Shown here: positions 11,102 through 22,074 of the stretch, piece after piece | Numbering within the stretch: position 1 is the stretch's first letter | Layout of the letters: every line of letters begins with the position of its first letter | Notes under the pieces: model-generated | Seen by the model: only the letters and a program-made list of their open reading frames with translations | What the model was told of the DNA's origin: nothing | Databases searched by the model: none | Program-made: the position numbers and the translations under genes | NCBI GenBank assembly: GCA_024346625.1 | Contig: AP024665.1 | Location: forward strand, 186,001-250,000 | Direction: 5' to 3' | From: Williopsis jadinii | Taxonomy: Eukaryota | DNA length: 64,000 nt

Positions 11102-12331
11102 ATGTTTAGCACGAATGTGGACAATAGTCGTGAGCATGGATTGAAAAAGACTCCATTGTCTGTTCTTGATCAACGGAAACAGCACAAAACAAAGATGCAA
11201 AAGACATTTCAACAGTTCAGCCAGCAGAGTAGAAGAAACGCTGCTGCTGCTGCTGCAGCAGAACAACAAGGGCTTTACCAACTACAAGAAGGGTTCTCTT
11301 CGCACGAGATGATGGCTCCGCCGAGAACACAGTCGATACAATCTTCACCTTATCGTGCACAGTCGTTTGTCTCGAACAGGTCCTCGGACCATTTCTTACC
11401 CCCACAGCCTCCAATCCCGCAGTCAATGTCTCCGAACGGCCCACTATTACAACAGGGAGATTGGTTAATTGAACCAAGGTCGTCGAAGGGGTCCTTTGTC
11501 ACTGATAATACCGGATACAACTATGGCACCCAATCCACTAGGATGAGCCCCGGCAGTTGGGTTGACGAGAACAGTGCCCTTAGAGAACACATTGAGAGAC
11601 TACTTGTATTAGAAGAGGAAAATGCACAGCTACGGGAGATGAATATACAGCTTAGAGAGGATAACAATTTGTTGTTGGGACATATTCAAGAGCAATCCCA
11701 ATCGCAAAAGCAACAGAATTCTTCAATGAGAAAAGATGAATCCGAAGAATTGAAGCAACTTAGAGAACAAGTGGAACTACAAGATGCTGAGCTGAGAAAG
11801 CTTTCTCAGAACAAGGCAGAGCTTGAAGCCCAGGTGGCACATTTGAGCGAAAATGTTACAAAGTTGAAACTCGTCTCAAAGACTTCACAGGATAAGAAGG
11901 ATAAAGTGATTGAGAGTTTGAGAGAGGATGTACAGACCTTGGAGAAGGAGCTCGATACGCTAATGAATTCACAAGTTTCTACAACCAGGGACACGTCGCC
12001 AATGGCATCACCATTATCCTCGTCGGAAAATGTTATAAAGACACCACCGACGGTGTGTACAGAGCAGTTTACCTCATCGTTCCAGTCGGGCAAGAAAGAT
12101 TTGAAGAATCAGATGCAAATGACGATGAACGAAGATCTGGTCCAGGATCTGTTGCATACGATAAGATCTCTGAGACAGGATAGAGATCTACTACAGCAGG
12201 AGAACATATGGCTATGTAAGAGCAGCGAAAAGGATAAACGTCTCCTCAAGGCGTTGGCCAATGCAAAGAACCACAAGGTTAAGATACGGAAGGGTTTGAC
12301 CATTGTCTCACACGTTGACACTCTTATATAG
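11102..12331 (+). CDS. Uncharacterised coiled-coil protein (409 aa)
   Basis: Long ATG ORF with a Q/S/P-rich N-terminus followed by heptad-rich segments (LREHIERLLVLEEENAQLREMNIQLREDN; LKQLREQVELQDAELRKLSQNKAELEAQV). Confidence 0.75.
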   Translation: MFSTNVDNSREHGLKKTPLSVLDQRKQHKTKMQKTFQQFSQQSRRNAAAAAAAEQQGLYQLQEGFSSHEMMAPPRTQSIQSSPYRAQSFVSNRSSDHFLPPQPPIPQSMSPNGPLLQQGDWLIEPRSSKGSFVTDNTGYNYGTQSTRMSPGSWVDENSALREHIERLLVLEEENAQLREMNIQLREDNNLLLGHIQEQSQSQKQQNSSMRKDESEELKQLREQVELQDAELRKLSQNKAELEAQVAHLSENVTKLKLVSKTSQDKKDKVIESLREDVQTLEKELDTLMNSQVSTTRDTSPMASPLSSSENVIKTPPTVCTEQFTSSFQSGKKDLKNQMQMTMNEDLVQDLLHTIRSLRQDRDLLQQENIWLCKSSEKDKRLLKALANAKNHKVKIRKGLTIVSHVDTLI

Positions 12332-12396
12332 TACTAATGAACTTTCTTGTTGTTTTTATTGTTACGAATTATACACACTGACCAATCTAATGCAAA

Positions 12397-13290
12397 TCAC
12401 TTTTGAGTAGAAGCAATTGCAGCGTGGTAGTAGATTGCCAATCCATCAACCAATGATGGCTTGACCGGGGTCCAGCCCAGTATCGATTTTGCAATTGTAC
12501 CTCTAACGACGCTAGTTGCAGCAAGAGCAACTTCAAATGGGGACTCAGGAGTCTTATAAATATACGATTTCGCACCTGAGATTTCCACGGTTCTTTGGAG
12601 TATCAAGTCAACACTTTCAGTAGACGGGTTACTTCCTTCAATCTTCAACCCTCTAACCAACGGGTACTTCTCCACAGCTAATCTGTACAGCTCTCCCAAA
12701 TCATCAACGTGGACAGTAGCATACCGGCCACCAGGAGTTCCAGGCCATACAATCTTGTCGGAGTTCGCACCTTGTGCAAAGAGCATTGCCGGTACGCTTC
12801 CACTTCTTCCATAGACCAACCCTGGACGAATAACTATGCCGTCCAATGCTGTACTATTTATCAGGTAGTGTTCAACCTCTGGTCTCCAGGCAACTTTTTC
12901 TGGAGGGTGGTCTGCTTTAGTACCATCAGTGACGAAGTTCCAGCGATCCTCACCGTGTAGCCAAACACCGGATGTCCATATGTAAACCAGCTTAGCAGCC
13001 GTTGCATGTCTTTTAAAGCCTTCAGCCTTCTTGATGAGTTTGATACAACCAGTATCAATTGGCGCATTCCCACCGATACAATCGATGACAACATCGATGG
13101 TATCCAGCTGCTCTGTCCATTTATCATCGTTGAATGGATCACTCACAACGAGCTCAATCTCACGCCTGGCAAGCTCCAGCTGCGATGATTCGCTTCTTGA
13201 CTGTCCAAGGACCTGATGCCCTCCTTTGACTAAAGAATCAACAACACTTGTGCCTATGAAGCCAGTTGCGCCGAGAACAAGCACTTTCAT
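12397..13290 (-). CDS. NAD(P)-dependent epimerase/dehydratase, atypical SDR (YLL056C-like)
   Basis: Rossmann motif VLVLGATGFIG, plus YIWTSGVW, IRPGLVYG, VHVDDLGELY and LGWTP. Confidence 0.85.
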   Translation of the reverse strand: MKVLVLGATGFIGTSVVDSLVKGGHQVLGQSRSESSQLELARREIELVVSDPFNDDKWTEQLDTIDVVIDCIGGNAPIDTGCIKLIKKAEGFKRHATAAKLVYIWTSGVWLHGEDRWNFVTDGTKADHPPEKVAWRPEVEHYLINSTALDGIVIRPGLVYGRSGSVPAMLFAQGANSDKIVWPGTPGGRYATVHVDDLGELYRLAVEKYPLVRGLKIEGSNPSTESVDLILQRTVEISGAKSYIYKTPESPFEVALAATSVVRGTIAKSILGWTPVKPSLVDGLAIYYHAAIASTQK

Positions 13291-13649
13291 GTTGGTTTAC
13301 ACACTGTGATGGTACCTGCCGTTGACATATCCAGAAAGAAGTAACTAACCACTTTATCCAGAGTACTTAAAGCACTTATATATCCAAGACGGAGATCGCT
13401 TCCCGGTATGTCACACCAGAACTGTGGCGCTGAGTAGATTCGAGTGGTATGCCCACACCCTCGACAGAAAACGCATCATGTGATAGAGTTCCTCGGAATT
13501 GCCCCTCCTCACTATCTCCGCAGGGCCTCCTACAAAGGCACAAAAAGGCAAGTTTGACCGAAAAACTGTTAACAAAATTCTCTCTCATTTTGCCCACTTT
13601 TAACCATTTAGAAAGCATTGGAGGAAAGTGCTTTATCATCACAGAGGTT

Positions 13650-14918
13650 ATGTCAGCGCCACGTCCTAAGCCATGGGAGGTATCGTCTGGACAGTCGTCA
13701 GCAGGTGAGTATGGCTTCTTTGTGTGCTTTCTGATCGGAGACTTGAAGGACATATTCGGCTCTGTCTCTTTTGTACGATTCCATCATGAGGTGAACTAAC
13801 AATGGGGAGGAATAGCTGCGTCGGGCCAATCAGAAGCTGTACCACATGTTTTATCGCCTGAACCACCGCAGAGCGCTATCGGAAGTGGGTCGTCGTCATT
13901 GTCACAACCAACGGTCCCTGAGAGACCCACGTCGTTGCAGTCTGGAGTATCTTCGTCAACGCCGTACTCCTATGATTCGATGGGTGGGTATGGATCAACG
14001 TTTGGATCGAGCTATGGATCCGGATTAGGAGGATATGGTGGGTATGGAGGATATAGTCGACTGGGAGGTTATGGATCTATGTATGGGAGTGGACTTGGAG
14101 GTTATGGGATGGGAGGATACGGAATGGGAGGATATGGAATGGGAGGCTATGGTATGAATGGAATGTATGGCCCACAGAACGGTGAAGGCGGTGGATTCGC
14201 AGAGAGCACACAGGCAACGTTTCAGCTGATAGAGAGCGTCATTGGTGCATTTGCAGGATTTGCACAGATGCTGGAGGCAACGTATATGGCCACTCATAGC
14301 TCTTTCTTCACCATGGTTTCAGTTGCTGAGCAGTTTGGGAACCTGAAGAACGCTCTTGGCTCCTTTCTCGGTATCTATGCACTTATAAAGTACTGTAAAA
14401 GGCTATTGGCAAAGATCACCGGGGGTAGGCTAATAAAGGATACATCAAAGGTTATCGATGCGAAGGAGTTTGCCAAATTCGAAGCCAAGCAAGAGGCCAC
14501 AAGAAACTCGACGGCAAAGAGGATATCGTTAAAGCCTCTACTAATATTCCTTGCAATGGCTATTGGAACGCCGTATCTTTTGAATAAGCTTGTGCTACAC
14601 CTGGCAAAGAAGAGAAATCTGCCTCTTCCAGGACAGTTTCCTGGTCAACAACAGCAACAAGAACCTATAGATGTTTCATCCATTGATTTTGGAAGGGCCC
14701 TCTACGACTTTGTCCCGGAGAATCCCCAGGTGGAACTACCACTCAAGACTGGCGATTTAGTCGCCATACTGTCAAAGCTGGATCCCTCTGGTAGAGAATC
14801 GCAATGGTGGAGAGTACGGTCTAGAAGTGGCCAAACAGGCTATATCCCAGGAAACTATGTTGAGATAATAGTAAAGAAGCCCAAGACTGAGGCGATAGAA
14901 CAAGCACCAACAGCATGA
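13650..14918 (+). CDS. PEX13: Peroxin 13; join(13650..13704,13816..14918)
   Basis: Exon 1 MSAPRPKPWE is the conserved N-terminal motif. YG-rich region, ESTQATFQLIESVIGAFAGFAQMLEATYMATHSSFF, and C-terminal SH3 (ALYDF...WW...GYIPGNYV). Confidence 0.95.
13705..13815 (+). other. Spliceosomal intron (111 nt) in PEX13
   Basis: GTGAGT donor, AACTAAC branch, AATAG acceptor; phase-1 removal restores the frame of the 13899 ORF. Confidence 0.9.
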
Positions 14919-15002
14919 AACGTTTAAGTAAAGACCATATCTATTATCTGACTAATATAGTAATATCAATAGTAACGATATATGGACATGCACATGTCTC
15001 AT

Positions 15003-15935
15003 CTAATCAATAACCACAGGGTCGTCTTCGGTACCTCCTATAAGGTCTTCTCCATCATCAGAATCCCAGAAATCGTACTCATCGTTATCGCTGAACAGTT
15101 TGACTCTTATCCTTTTAGATTTCCTAGATAAAAGTTTTAGCGGGGAATCGTCATCACTGACAATCCCATTAACAAGGTCAGGGGTAATTTCAGTGGCATG
15201 ACCATCGCCGGCAATGTCATCACCATCATCTAGCGATATCACTTGGGAATCACTTTTAATCTCCGTCGTCTCTGGTAAGAGGGTGCACACGAACGAATCA
15301 TCCAACTCCACAGTTTTGATATCTGGAGGAACATTCCTCAACACCAGGTCCATGAAATCGTCATGGATCAACTCCATAGAGTTGAAGGAAACATTACACA
15401 CTGGACACCTAAAATTCAGCACATTTTTATACTTCCTCGTCAATTTCAGATGGTTCATATTCGAGAGAGATTTCCCTCGTTTCAGCGATAGTTGGAACCT
15501 CACCTTCCCATTCTCATTGGGTAGACTCCTGAGTTGCCATCTGTTGTCTGTCTCAGTCATATTGGGTTTGGAGAAGAAAGACGTTGTGACTTTGTTTACA
15601 CAACAAAAAGTCTCAAAATCAAACGGTTCGATATGAGAACACCTTGTGCTCTTCACACAGTTTCGTATTCTTTGCTTGGAAACTATGTCATACAGGGAGA
15701 CTTTGCTCTTGAGGATCTCCAGCTCTGTGTCCTGGTCCTTTTCAACTTCGTCGATAGTCCTCTTGTGCCGTAGAAACGTTGATGTCTGTTGTGGCTCCCG
15801 ATGCACTTGTTGATTAGCAAGCTGCTGGTTCTGAACCTCAGCGTTATGCTCTTCCACCACAGCTTGTTCCAGATCTGTTTTCCCACTTATCAGGGGCCGT
15901 ACGAAGGCACCAGATTGGAGTTTTGAGCCCAACAT
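15003..15935 (-). CDS. MIZ/SP-RING zinc-finger protein with acidic SIM-like tail
   Basis: VSLYDIVSKQRIRNCVKSTRCSHIEPFD...FRCPVC...LIHDDF resembles zf-MIZ. Tail carries VISLDD and DPVVID. Confidence 0.65.
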   Translation of the reverse strand: MLGSKLQSGAFVRPLISGKTDLEQAVVEEHNAEVQNQQLANQQVHREPQQTSTFLRHKRTIDEVEKDQDTELEILKSKVSLYDIVSKQRIRNCVKSTRCSHIEPFDFETFCCVNKVTTSFFSKPNMTETDNRWQLRSLPNENGKVRFQLSLKRGKSLSNMNHLKLTRKYKNVLNFRCPVCNVSFNSMELIHDDFMDLVLRNVPPDIKTVELDDSFVCTLLPETTEIKSDSQVISLDDGDDIAGDGHATEITPDLVNGIVSDDDSPLKLLSRKSKRIRVKLFSDNDEYDFWDSDDGEDLIGGTEDDPVVID

Positions 15936-16177
15936 TCAGTGGTAGTTCCTTGTGTGATGCCGATGCTTTGTATGCTGCTTGACGGTTATGAGCAGAAAAG
16001 TTCTGTTGTTGAAATATCCCTCCCGCGATAAAAACCCAGGCTCGCCAGGCGGGCGGAGACCATGGGACGTTGGGGATCGCTAGGCAGGGCTCTTTATGGA
16101 GCCGGCAGTCATTTACGCAGAGAAACGCTTTCATTACATCCACATTCATTAGGCCATTAGCTTCATAAAACATCTAT

Positions 16178-17830
16178 CTAAACGAAAAAGTTCTTCAGAA
16201 CTGCACGTAGCTTAGCAAATCCCTTGAGGTTTTCATATCTTAAACGGTCGTTACGTTCCTCTTCGCCTTCTATGTAGTGATCAGTGTCAAAATCCATGTC
16301 TTTCGCTCTGATGAACCGGTCACGAGGGTGTAAAACCCACCATAGAATGAACGTTACAGGGAACACGATCAGTTCCAGGTAAACTTGGAAGAAATCCTTG
16401 ACACTCCATGGTGCAAAGGCTCCCCAGCCTTGAACAAATATGATAAACGTTGTGAAGATAACAACGAAATATGGCCCGAAGGGATAAGTCCAATTCTTGA
16501 ATTCAAGCTCATGTTCACGTCCCTGTGCCTTCAAACCCTGTCTGAATCTAATAGAGGTGATTCCAATACATAACCATGCCAGTTGGTTTGAAACACCGAC
16601 AATATTCTGCAACCATGTCCATAGCTCACCTGCACCTACAAAGGAGGAACCAAAGCATAAACCACCAGCAATCCATGTGACCAGAACTGCAACGTACGGT
16701 GTTTGGTACCTATTCTTCCAGGTCAAGATCTTTGGTAGATAACCGTCGGTTCCCAGAGTGTAGGCCAACATAGAGCCAGCGTACAGGGCATGGTTGCCCG
16801 CACTGATAATCGATGTCAAAATAACGGCGTTCATAAATGAGCCAGCAATCTTTGAACCGGCTTCTTGGAACACGATGGTGAAAGGAGAGGTCATAACAGA
16901 TTTAGTAGCCAATCCAGGATAGTTATAGGGAACGTTCATTGCAATGAAGAAGACTGTCAAGATGTAAAAGATGATGATTCTGTAGAAAACAGTCGTTGTG
17001 ACAATCTTTGTCGACATCACAGGGTTCTTTGCTGAACCAGCAGTAATTGTGATACTCTCAGTACCACCATATGAGAATGCCGAAGTGACAAATAGGGAAG
17101 CAAACCCCTTGAACCCATCAACAAATGGAGCTTCACCAATGGTCCAATATTTGAAACCAATGTACTCATGTTGGCTGTTGTGACCAACGTTAACGACGAT
17201 GCTGACGATAAAGAATGCCAAGATAGCCAGCACTTTCAACAGTGCTAACCAGTACTCGGTTTCACCGTAAAATTTCACGTGCACTAGATTTAAAGATAAC
17301 AAAAAGATCCAAAAGATCAACGATATAATCCAATAGTGGAAATCGGTCCAGTACTCCATGACAAGTTGTAATGCTGTAAGATCACTAGCCACTGATACTG
17401 CATCGTTAAACCAATAGTTGATCAAGATGGCGAACCCCATGCTTTCACTTCCAAATTTACGAGCAAATGAACAAAAGGATCCGGCAATTGGCATATGTGC
17501 AGACATTTCACCGAGAGAAAGCATGACGAGGTAGACCAGCCCACCAATGATTGTATAGTTGATGAACAACGAAGCAGGTCCACCTTTAGCTAAAGCACGG
17601 CCAGTTCCCAAGTATAACCCGGTACCTATGATACCAGCGATGGAGATCATAGATATTTGTCTTGGTGTTAGAGAACGGTTCAAGGAATGGACCGTTTCTT
17701 CAACGGTTGCTCCTTTGGTATGTGAGTTGACATCTTCCGTTGTGGTGCTTGACGTCTCTGTCTCTTTCTTTACAAGCCCATTAACAACAACTTGCTTCTC
17801 TATGTCCTCATCTATATCAAACGGTGGCAT
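16178..17830 (-). CDS. Amino-acid permease (APC superfamily, yeast YAT family)
   Basis: RQISMISIAGIIGTGLYLG, LGEMSAHMPIAGSF, YGETEYW, FSYGGTE and SPFTIVF; about 12 TM segments. ATG at 17830. Confidence 0.9.
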   Translation of the reverse strand: MPPFDIDEDIEKQVVVNGLVKKETETSSTTTEDVNSHTKGATVEETVHSLNRSLTPRQISMISIAGIIGTGLYLGTGRALAKGGPASLFINYTIIGGLVYLVMLSLGEMSAHMPIAGSFCSFARKFGSESMGFAILINYWFNDAVSVASDLTALQLVMEYWTDFHYWIISLIFWIFLLSLNLVHVKFYGETEYWLALLKVLAILAFFIVSIVVNVGHNSQHEYIGFKYWTIGEAPFVDGFKGFASLFVTSAFSYGGTESITITAGSAKNPVMSTKIVTTTVFYRIIIFYILTVFFIAMNVPYNYPGLATKSVMTSPFTIVFQEAGSKIAGSFMNAVILTSIISAGNHALYAGSMLAYTLGTDGYLPKILTWKNRYQTPYVAVLVTWIAGGLCFGSSFVGAGELWTWLQNIVGVSNQLAWLCIGITSIRFRQGLKAQGREHELEFKNWTYPFGPYFVVIFTTFIIFVQGWGAFAPWSVKDFFQVYLELIVFPVTFILWWVLHPRDRFIRAKDMDFDTDHYIEGEEERNDRLRYENLKGFAKLRAVLKNFFV

Positions 17831-18413
17831 AATTATTGACACATAGCACGAACACCATACTTTCAGACATTCTATGGATCATCTCAAGCTTTTTATACAA
17901 CAAAAGAGCGGATGTTGTAGGTGGTACATACGCACACTGGAGGGAAAAGTCTCTAAAAAAGACGCCACAGTTTCCTGCTTATATACAAACTGTGTTACAT
18001 ATATTCTTATCATTCACGTGAATCCAGAAAGAATACAGGTTGCCGTTCGTTCTCCAACAACAACGGTCTACATGTACAACTCTATAAACTCTACCAAATG
18101 TAAAGTAAAGCTTGCATGCACGATGTATTTTTTCTTATGTGCCACGATGAAGTTTTTCCATGCGCCGTTCGGAATTTCTTTTTTCCATCACGGCGTTTTA
18201 AGCTTTTGGTTTCTCCGCTTAAAGTTTTGGGCAAAAGTCCGTCAGTGTGCATTTACGATTAATAGCCTAGAATGCAAGTCTTGTGAACTGTGGCTTTAGG
18301 TGGAAACATCTCATGGTTCCGTAGACAGTGTGTACGAGGGCGTAGGGGAATTGACGTACGTGATCTCTACAATGACGGCATGGCTCATGATTTCTAACGT
18401 TTAATGGGACAGA

Positions 18414-19418
18414 TCACAATGACAGGTACTTTGCTACTTTTTCGTTGTACCTGTGGCCATGGACCTCTTTACCAGTGATGACGTTGGCAATCTCACCAAA
18501 CTCGTCATCTGTGAGCGAAACTTTTTGGAAGTTCTCGTCAACTCTCTGTGCACTAGATGAGGATGGGATTGGAACAATCGTTGGGTATTTTATACCGTCG
18601 ATGGTCTTACCAGAGTGATACCTCAACCACGCCAATGCCAACTGAGCAGGTGTGACACCTTTTCTCTTGGCCAATGATACGAGCTCATCAACAATGGCAA
18701 CGTTCTTCTTTATGTTGTCTTCGCTAAATCTCTCCAAATGATGACGAACATCACCCTCTGGTACGTCTGATTTGGCTCTGATTTCACCGGTTAATAAACC
18801 TCTAGAGAGGGGAGAATATGCAATGATTGGGATGTCCAGTTCACCAGCAGTCTTTGCAATTCCATTCTCCAAAACGTCCCTTGTAAAGATGGAAAATTCA
18901 ACCTCAACACCGACTGGCTTATACTTTGCAATTGAGCTGAACTCTTTCAAAGTGGTACCGTTAACCTCACTCAAAGTGTAGCCTTTGATTTTACCAGAGT
19001 CAATGGCATCGTCAAGGGCCTTTGCAGTCTCACTCAAAGCAACACCTGGGGATAATCGAGCAGGCTCAAAGATATCCAAGTCTGGAATGTACTTCAAGAC
19101 GTTATCCAGTGATTTGTTAATCCCCTCAGCAGTTGGCTCGGGGGTCAAGGTGGCCACATCTAAGGCACCCTTAATTGAAATTATGACATTCGCTCTTTGT
19201 TCCGGGTACTTGACAAAGAAATCCCTGATGTATTCCAGATTGATGTTATCGCCACCGTAAAACTCACCTCCGTTGAAGAAAGTCTTCGAAGGCAGGTTAA
19301 TCTTTATGGCTTCCAACATTGCCTCAAATGCAGTGGGCTTATCGATAGGAGCTGGCCTCCACGTCAAACTCATCAGCCCAAGGGCCTCAGTGGAAATTTC
19401 TGAAAGATCAAATCCCAT
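18414..19418 (-). CDS. Aldo-keto reductase, pyridoxal reductase-like (YPR127W/plr1 group)
   Basis: LGLMSLTW, FNGGEFYG, ISIKG, DIFEPAR, VEVEFS, AYSPLSRGLLTG and TPAQLALAW. Confidence 0.85.
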   Translation of the reverse strand: MGFDLSEISTEALGLMSLTWRPAPIDKPTAFEAMLEAIKINLPSKTFFNGGEFYGGDNINLEYIRDFFVKYPEQRANVIISIKGALDVATLTPEPTAEGINKSLDNVLKYIPDLDIFEPARLSPGVALSETAKALDDAIDSGKIKGYTLSEVNGTTLKEFSSIAKYKPVGVEVEFSIFTRDVLENGIAKTAGELDIPIIAYSPLSRGLLTGEIRAKSDVPEGDVRHHLERFSEDNIKKNVAIVDELVSLAKRKGVTPAQLALAWLRYHSGKTIDGIKYPTIVPIPSSSSAQRVDENFQKVSLTDDEFGEIANVITGKEVHGHRYNEKVAKYLSL

Positions 19419-19654
19419 GTTTCCTTCTGAGTGTATGGGTTATCCAAACAGTCAATGTTTAAAATGGGTTCAATCAATTCTTTTAAACCAATTCTTTTCA
19501 ACTGTGGCAACTAAGTGAAGCCCCGTACTTTTCCCGCTTCCCGCAACAGTTTTTCCGAAAGTGGGACTTAAGCGCTGGGGGAAAAGAATGTATACCGAGC
19601 GCTACATGTTGACGCAAATTGTACTTGTTTGTTTGTAATATGGGCGTATGTAAC

Positions 19655-20809
19655 TTACAACTTGCTCTTGAGAGTGGTTTCAAAGCTCACCAAGTAATCA
19701 GCTTTCTTTGACGACTTTGCAACCTCTTCTAGGGAATAATCTTCAACAGATTCAAACAACTCTTTGAGTTTACTCTCCAATGAAGCACCTGAATCGACGA
19801 GACCTTTGTTGTATCTTGAGCCTTGTCTAATAGCACTTCTAGAGTTCAATCTGTAGTCGACATCCTGTGTGTACAAGAACTGTGGGTAGTCTGGGGCAAC
19901 ATCTTTTAGGAAGAATGGAACACCACCCAGCTTTTGGAACGACAGTGGTAGTGTTGGAACAACATCACCAACAGTTTCAACGTTGATGAAGACTGCAAAT
20001 TTAGAACTAGTAATGTGCTCAAACATGTCGGCTTTGTCGATGACATCACTCAGAATCTCAAATAGCTTGACAATCTTCTTCAGATAGTTTGATGGGGTGG
20101 TGTCTGTTCCAACTTTTGGCGCACCAAAGGTCACAATGGTTGGCTTATAACCCAAGTTTTGTGCTTCAAAACCAAAGAGTGCTGCAATTGAGCCACCAAC
20201 GGAGTGTCCCACAATGTACAGCTTGTACCCTGAGTACTTGTCCATGGTGCTCTTAAGAGTCTCAACAATTGCAAATTTTGATTCCAAGGCACTCAATGAG
20301 TCTTGTAATGTGGACATGACTTTCAAACCTGACAAGTGTGGATTTGCCTTTGTCAATGGCTTGTAATCGGAAGTGGATGATGTCAATAACTCAAGACCAG
20401 CTTTAAAGGCGACAACAATAGACTTCGAGGAATCGACTTTACCCAAGTATCCACTGACAGATTTATCAGTGAAAGACTCTAATACGGTCAATTCATCATC
20501 AACTTTTGAGCCAAACACATCCTTAAACATCTTTGCGTTTGAATCACCATCAATCAAATCGTAGGATTTGCCTTGACTCAATGGCTTGTAAGCAAGCTTA
20601 GAGAAGTTTGCACAGTTGACAACAGCTGGGTATGCAGTTGGTAAGTCCTTCAACATTTCCTCCTTTGACTTGCTAAACTTTGGAGTGGCATAGCTCCATC
20701 TACTGGAGGCACGACGACCTTCACTTGTTTGTTCTGGCTCACCCAAGAACTTGGTTTCTGATTGGATTTTGCTGGACAAGCTTGATACTTGACTAATGAG
20801 TTCTGCCAT
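19655..20809 (-). CDS. Class 3 lipase-fold protein with C-terminal PTS1 (SKL)
   Basis: FSKLAY, YIVGHSVGGSIA, VTFGAPKVG and DVVPTLP; ends TTLKSKL; no signal peptide. Confidence 0.8.
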   Translation of the reverse strand: MAELISQVSSLSSKIQSETKFLGEPEQTSEGRRASSRWSYATPKFSKSKEEMLKDLPTAYPAVVNCANFSKLAYKPLSQGKSYDLIDGDSNAKMFKDVFGSKVDDELTVLESFTDKSVSGYLGKVDSSKSIVVAFKAGLELLTSSTSDYKPLTKANPHLSGLKVMSTLQDSLSALESKFAIVETLKSTMDKYSGYKLYIVGHSVGGSIAALFGFEAQNLGYKPTIVTFGAPKVGTDTTPSNYLKKIVKLFEILSDVIDKADMFEHITSSKFAVFINVETVGDVVPTLPLSFQKLGGVPFFLKDVAPDYPQFLYTQDVDYRLNSRSAIRQGSRYNKGLVDSGASLESKLKELFESVEDYSLEEVAKSSKKADYLVSFETTLKSKL

Positions 20810-22074
20810 TGTGATATTGCTTATGTTCTGCTCCTCTTTGAGATCTGTTGTGTGCTCAGGAAGGTATGGTTAGGGCTCGATGAGGAACACCGTTACCCTT
20901 AAATAATCCCAACATTGGTCACTTTGACAACGGTATGAAGCCCAAATGGAATCGTACGATCCATCATCCAGAAATTGGACCTCTAGTACCTGAGACTGAC
21001 CACAAGACTTGCCAGTATATCTTGATAACTCAGCTTGTGAATATTGACACATTCTTGTATGGAAGATGGGGTTCGGTGGATCAAGTTTCCTAATCAGGAA
21101 GTGAATTCCCAGTGCTCCAAAATCGTACCACCAATTCTTCAACCAATTTTGTAGTACAATGGGGGAACCGATGAAGGACAATCGTAGTGAGATCCGATGA
21201 TATCAAAATCACTCAAACTAATTCTCTTACAGTTTATTGGTGGCAACTTTTAAGCGAGTGCTGGCTCGGGCTCTACCATTCAATGTAACTCGGTGTTGTG
21301 ACACATTTCTGAGCAAAAGTACCAGTGCTTTAGACGCGTGGAGACCGTGTGAGACGGTAATGCCATCTCAAAACCATAGCACAAGTAGGCCATTTCCCGA
21401 AACACACTGATGATATGCTATATCAACAGGATGTTCTTCTCTTGACCGGGTACTAGCACTCGATCGCTCACTTACATAGGAGTCGAATCGTCTCTTCACC
21501 CAGTTCAAACGGAATTATGGGCACTGACAGCCCCTCGGACTTAGCGTAGCACCCCGGTGTTAAGCTTTGATGTTGGTCCTCCGTTGTACTGTTATCAATT
21601 AACTGTTCTCGATATAACGAAGGTATTCATAATAAGTACACTTTGTGTTGTTTTCTTCTAACCAGCTAGCCCATTGTTAATAAAGGGACTTGGATGAATG
21701 GCAGGATGAATCCACTGCAAATAGCGCAGGAGCCTATTTCCGGGTGCTCACTCACAGCACTGTTGATGCACTTCACCATATTATCATGGACAATGATCGA
21801 TTAGCAAATGATAGTGATGTATTGTGACAAGAAGACCAACCGCTGTTGAAGATTCCTTCAGTGTGATTTGTCATTGTCACATAGTGTAATTACTCGTGAG
21901 TAACACTAAGGACTTTGTAGCACATTTCAGAGGCCGACCAGCCGAGGCTGCAGTCAAAGGAAAGCACACTTTACATGATTTGTGATATAAATCGCTGTTT
22001 ATGAGGACAAGGAATAAGTATTGTTAGTATCAAGCAGTCATGAAACAAGCTGTTAACACCAAATTGTGCAAATA

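Noticed and set aside
16010..16110. GC-rich patch between the MIZ gene and the permease, as a possible ncRNA
   Set aside because: Only short stems and no recognisable boxes; more likely promoter sequence.
20810..21181. 103-aa ORF in frame with the lipase and separated from it by one TAA (possible readthrough or N-terminal extension)
   Set aside because: TTG start, no signal peptide or lipase similarity, and the lipase ATG has a good ACAATG context; probably coincidence.
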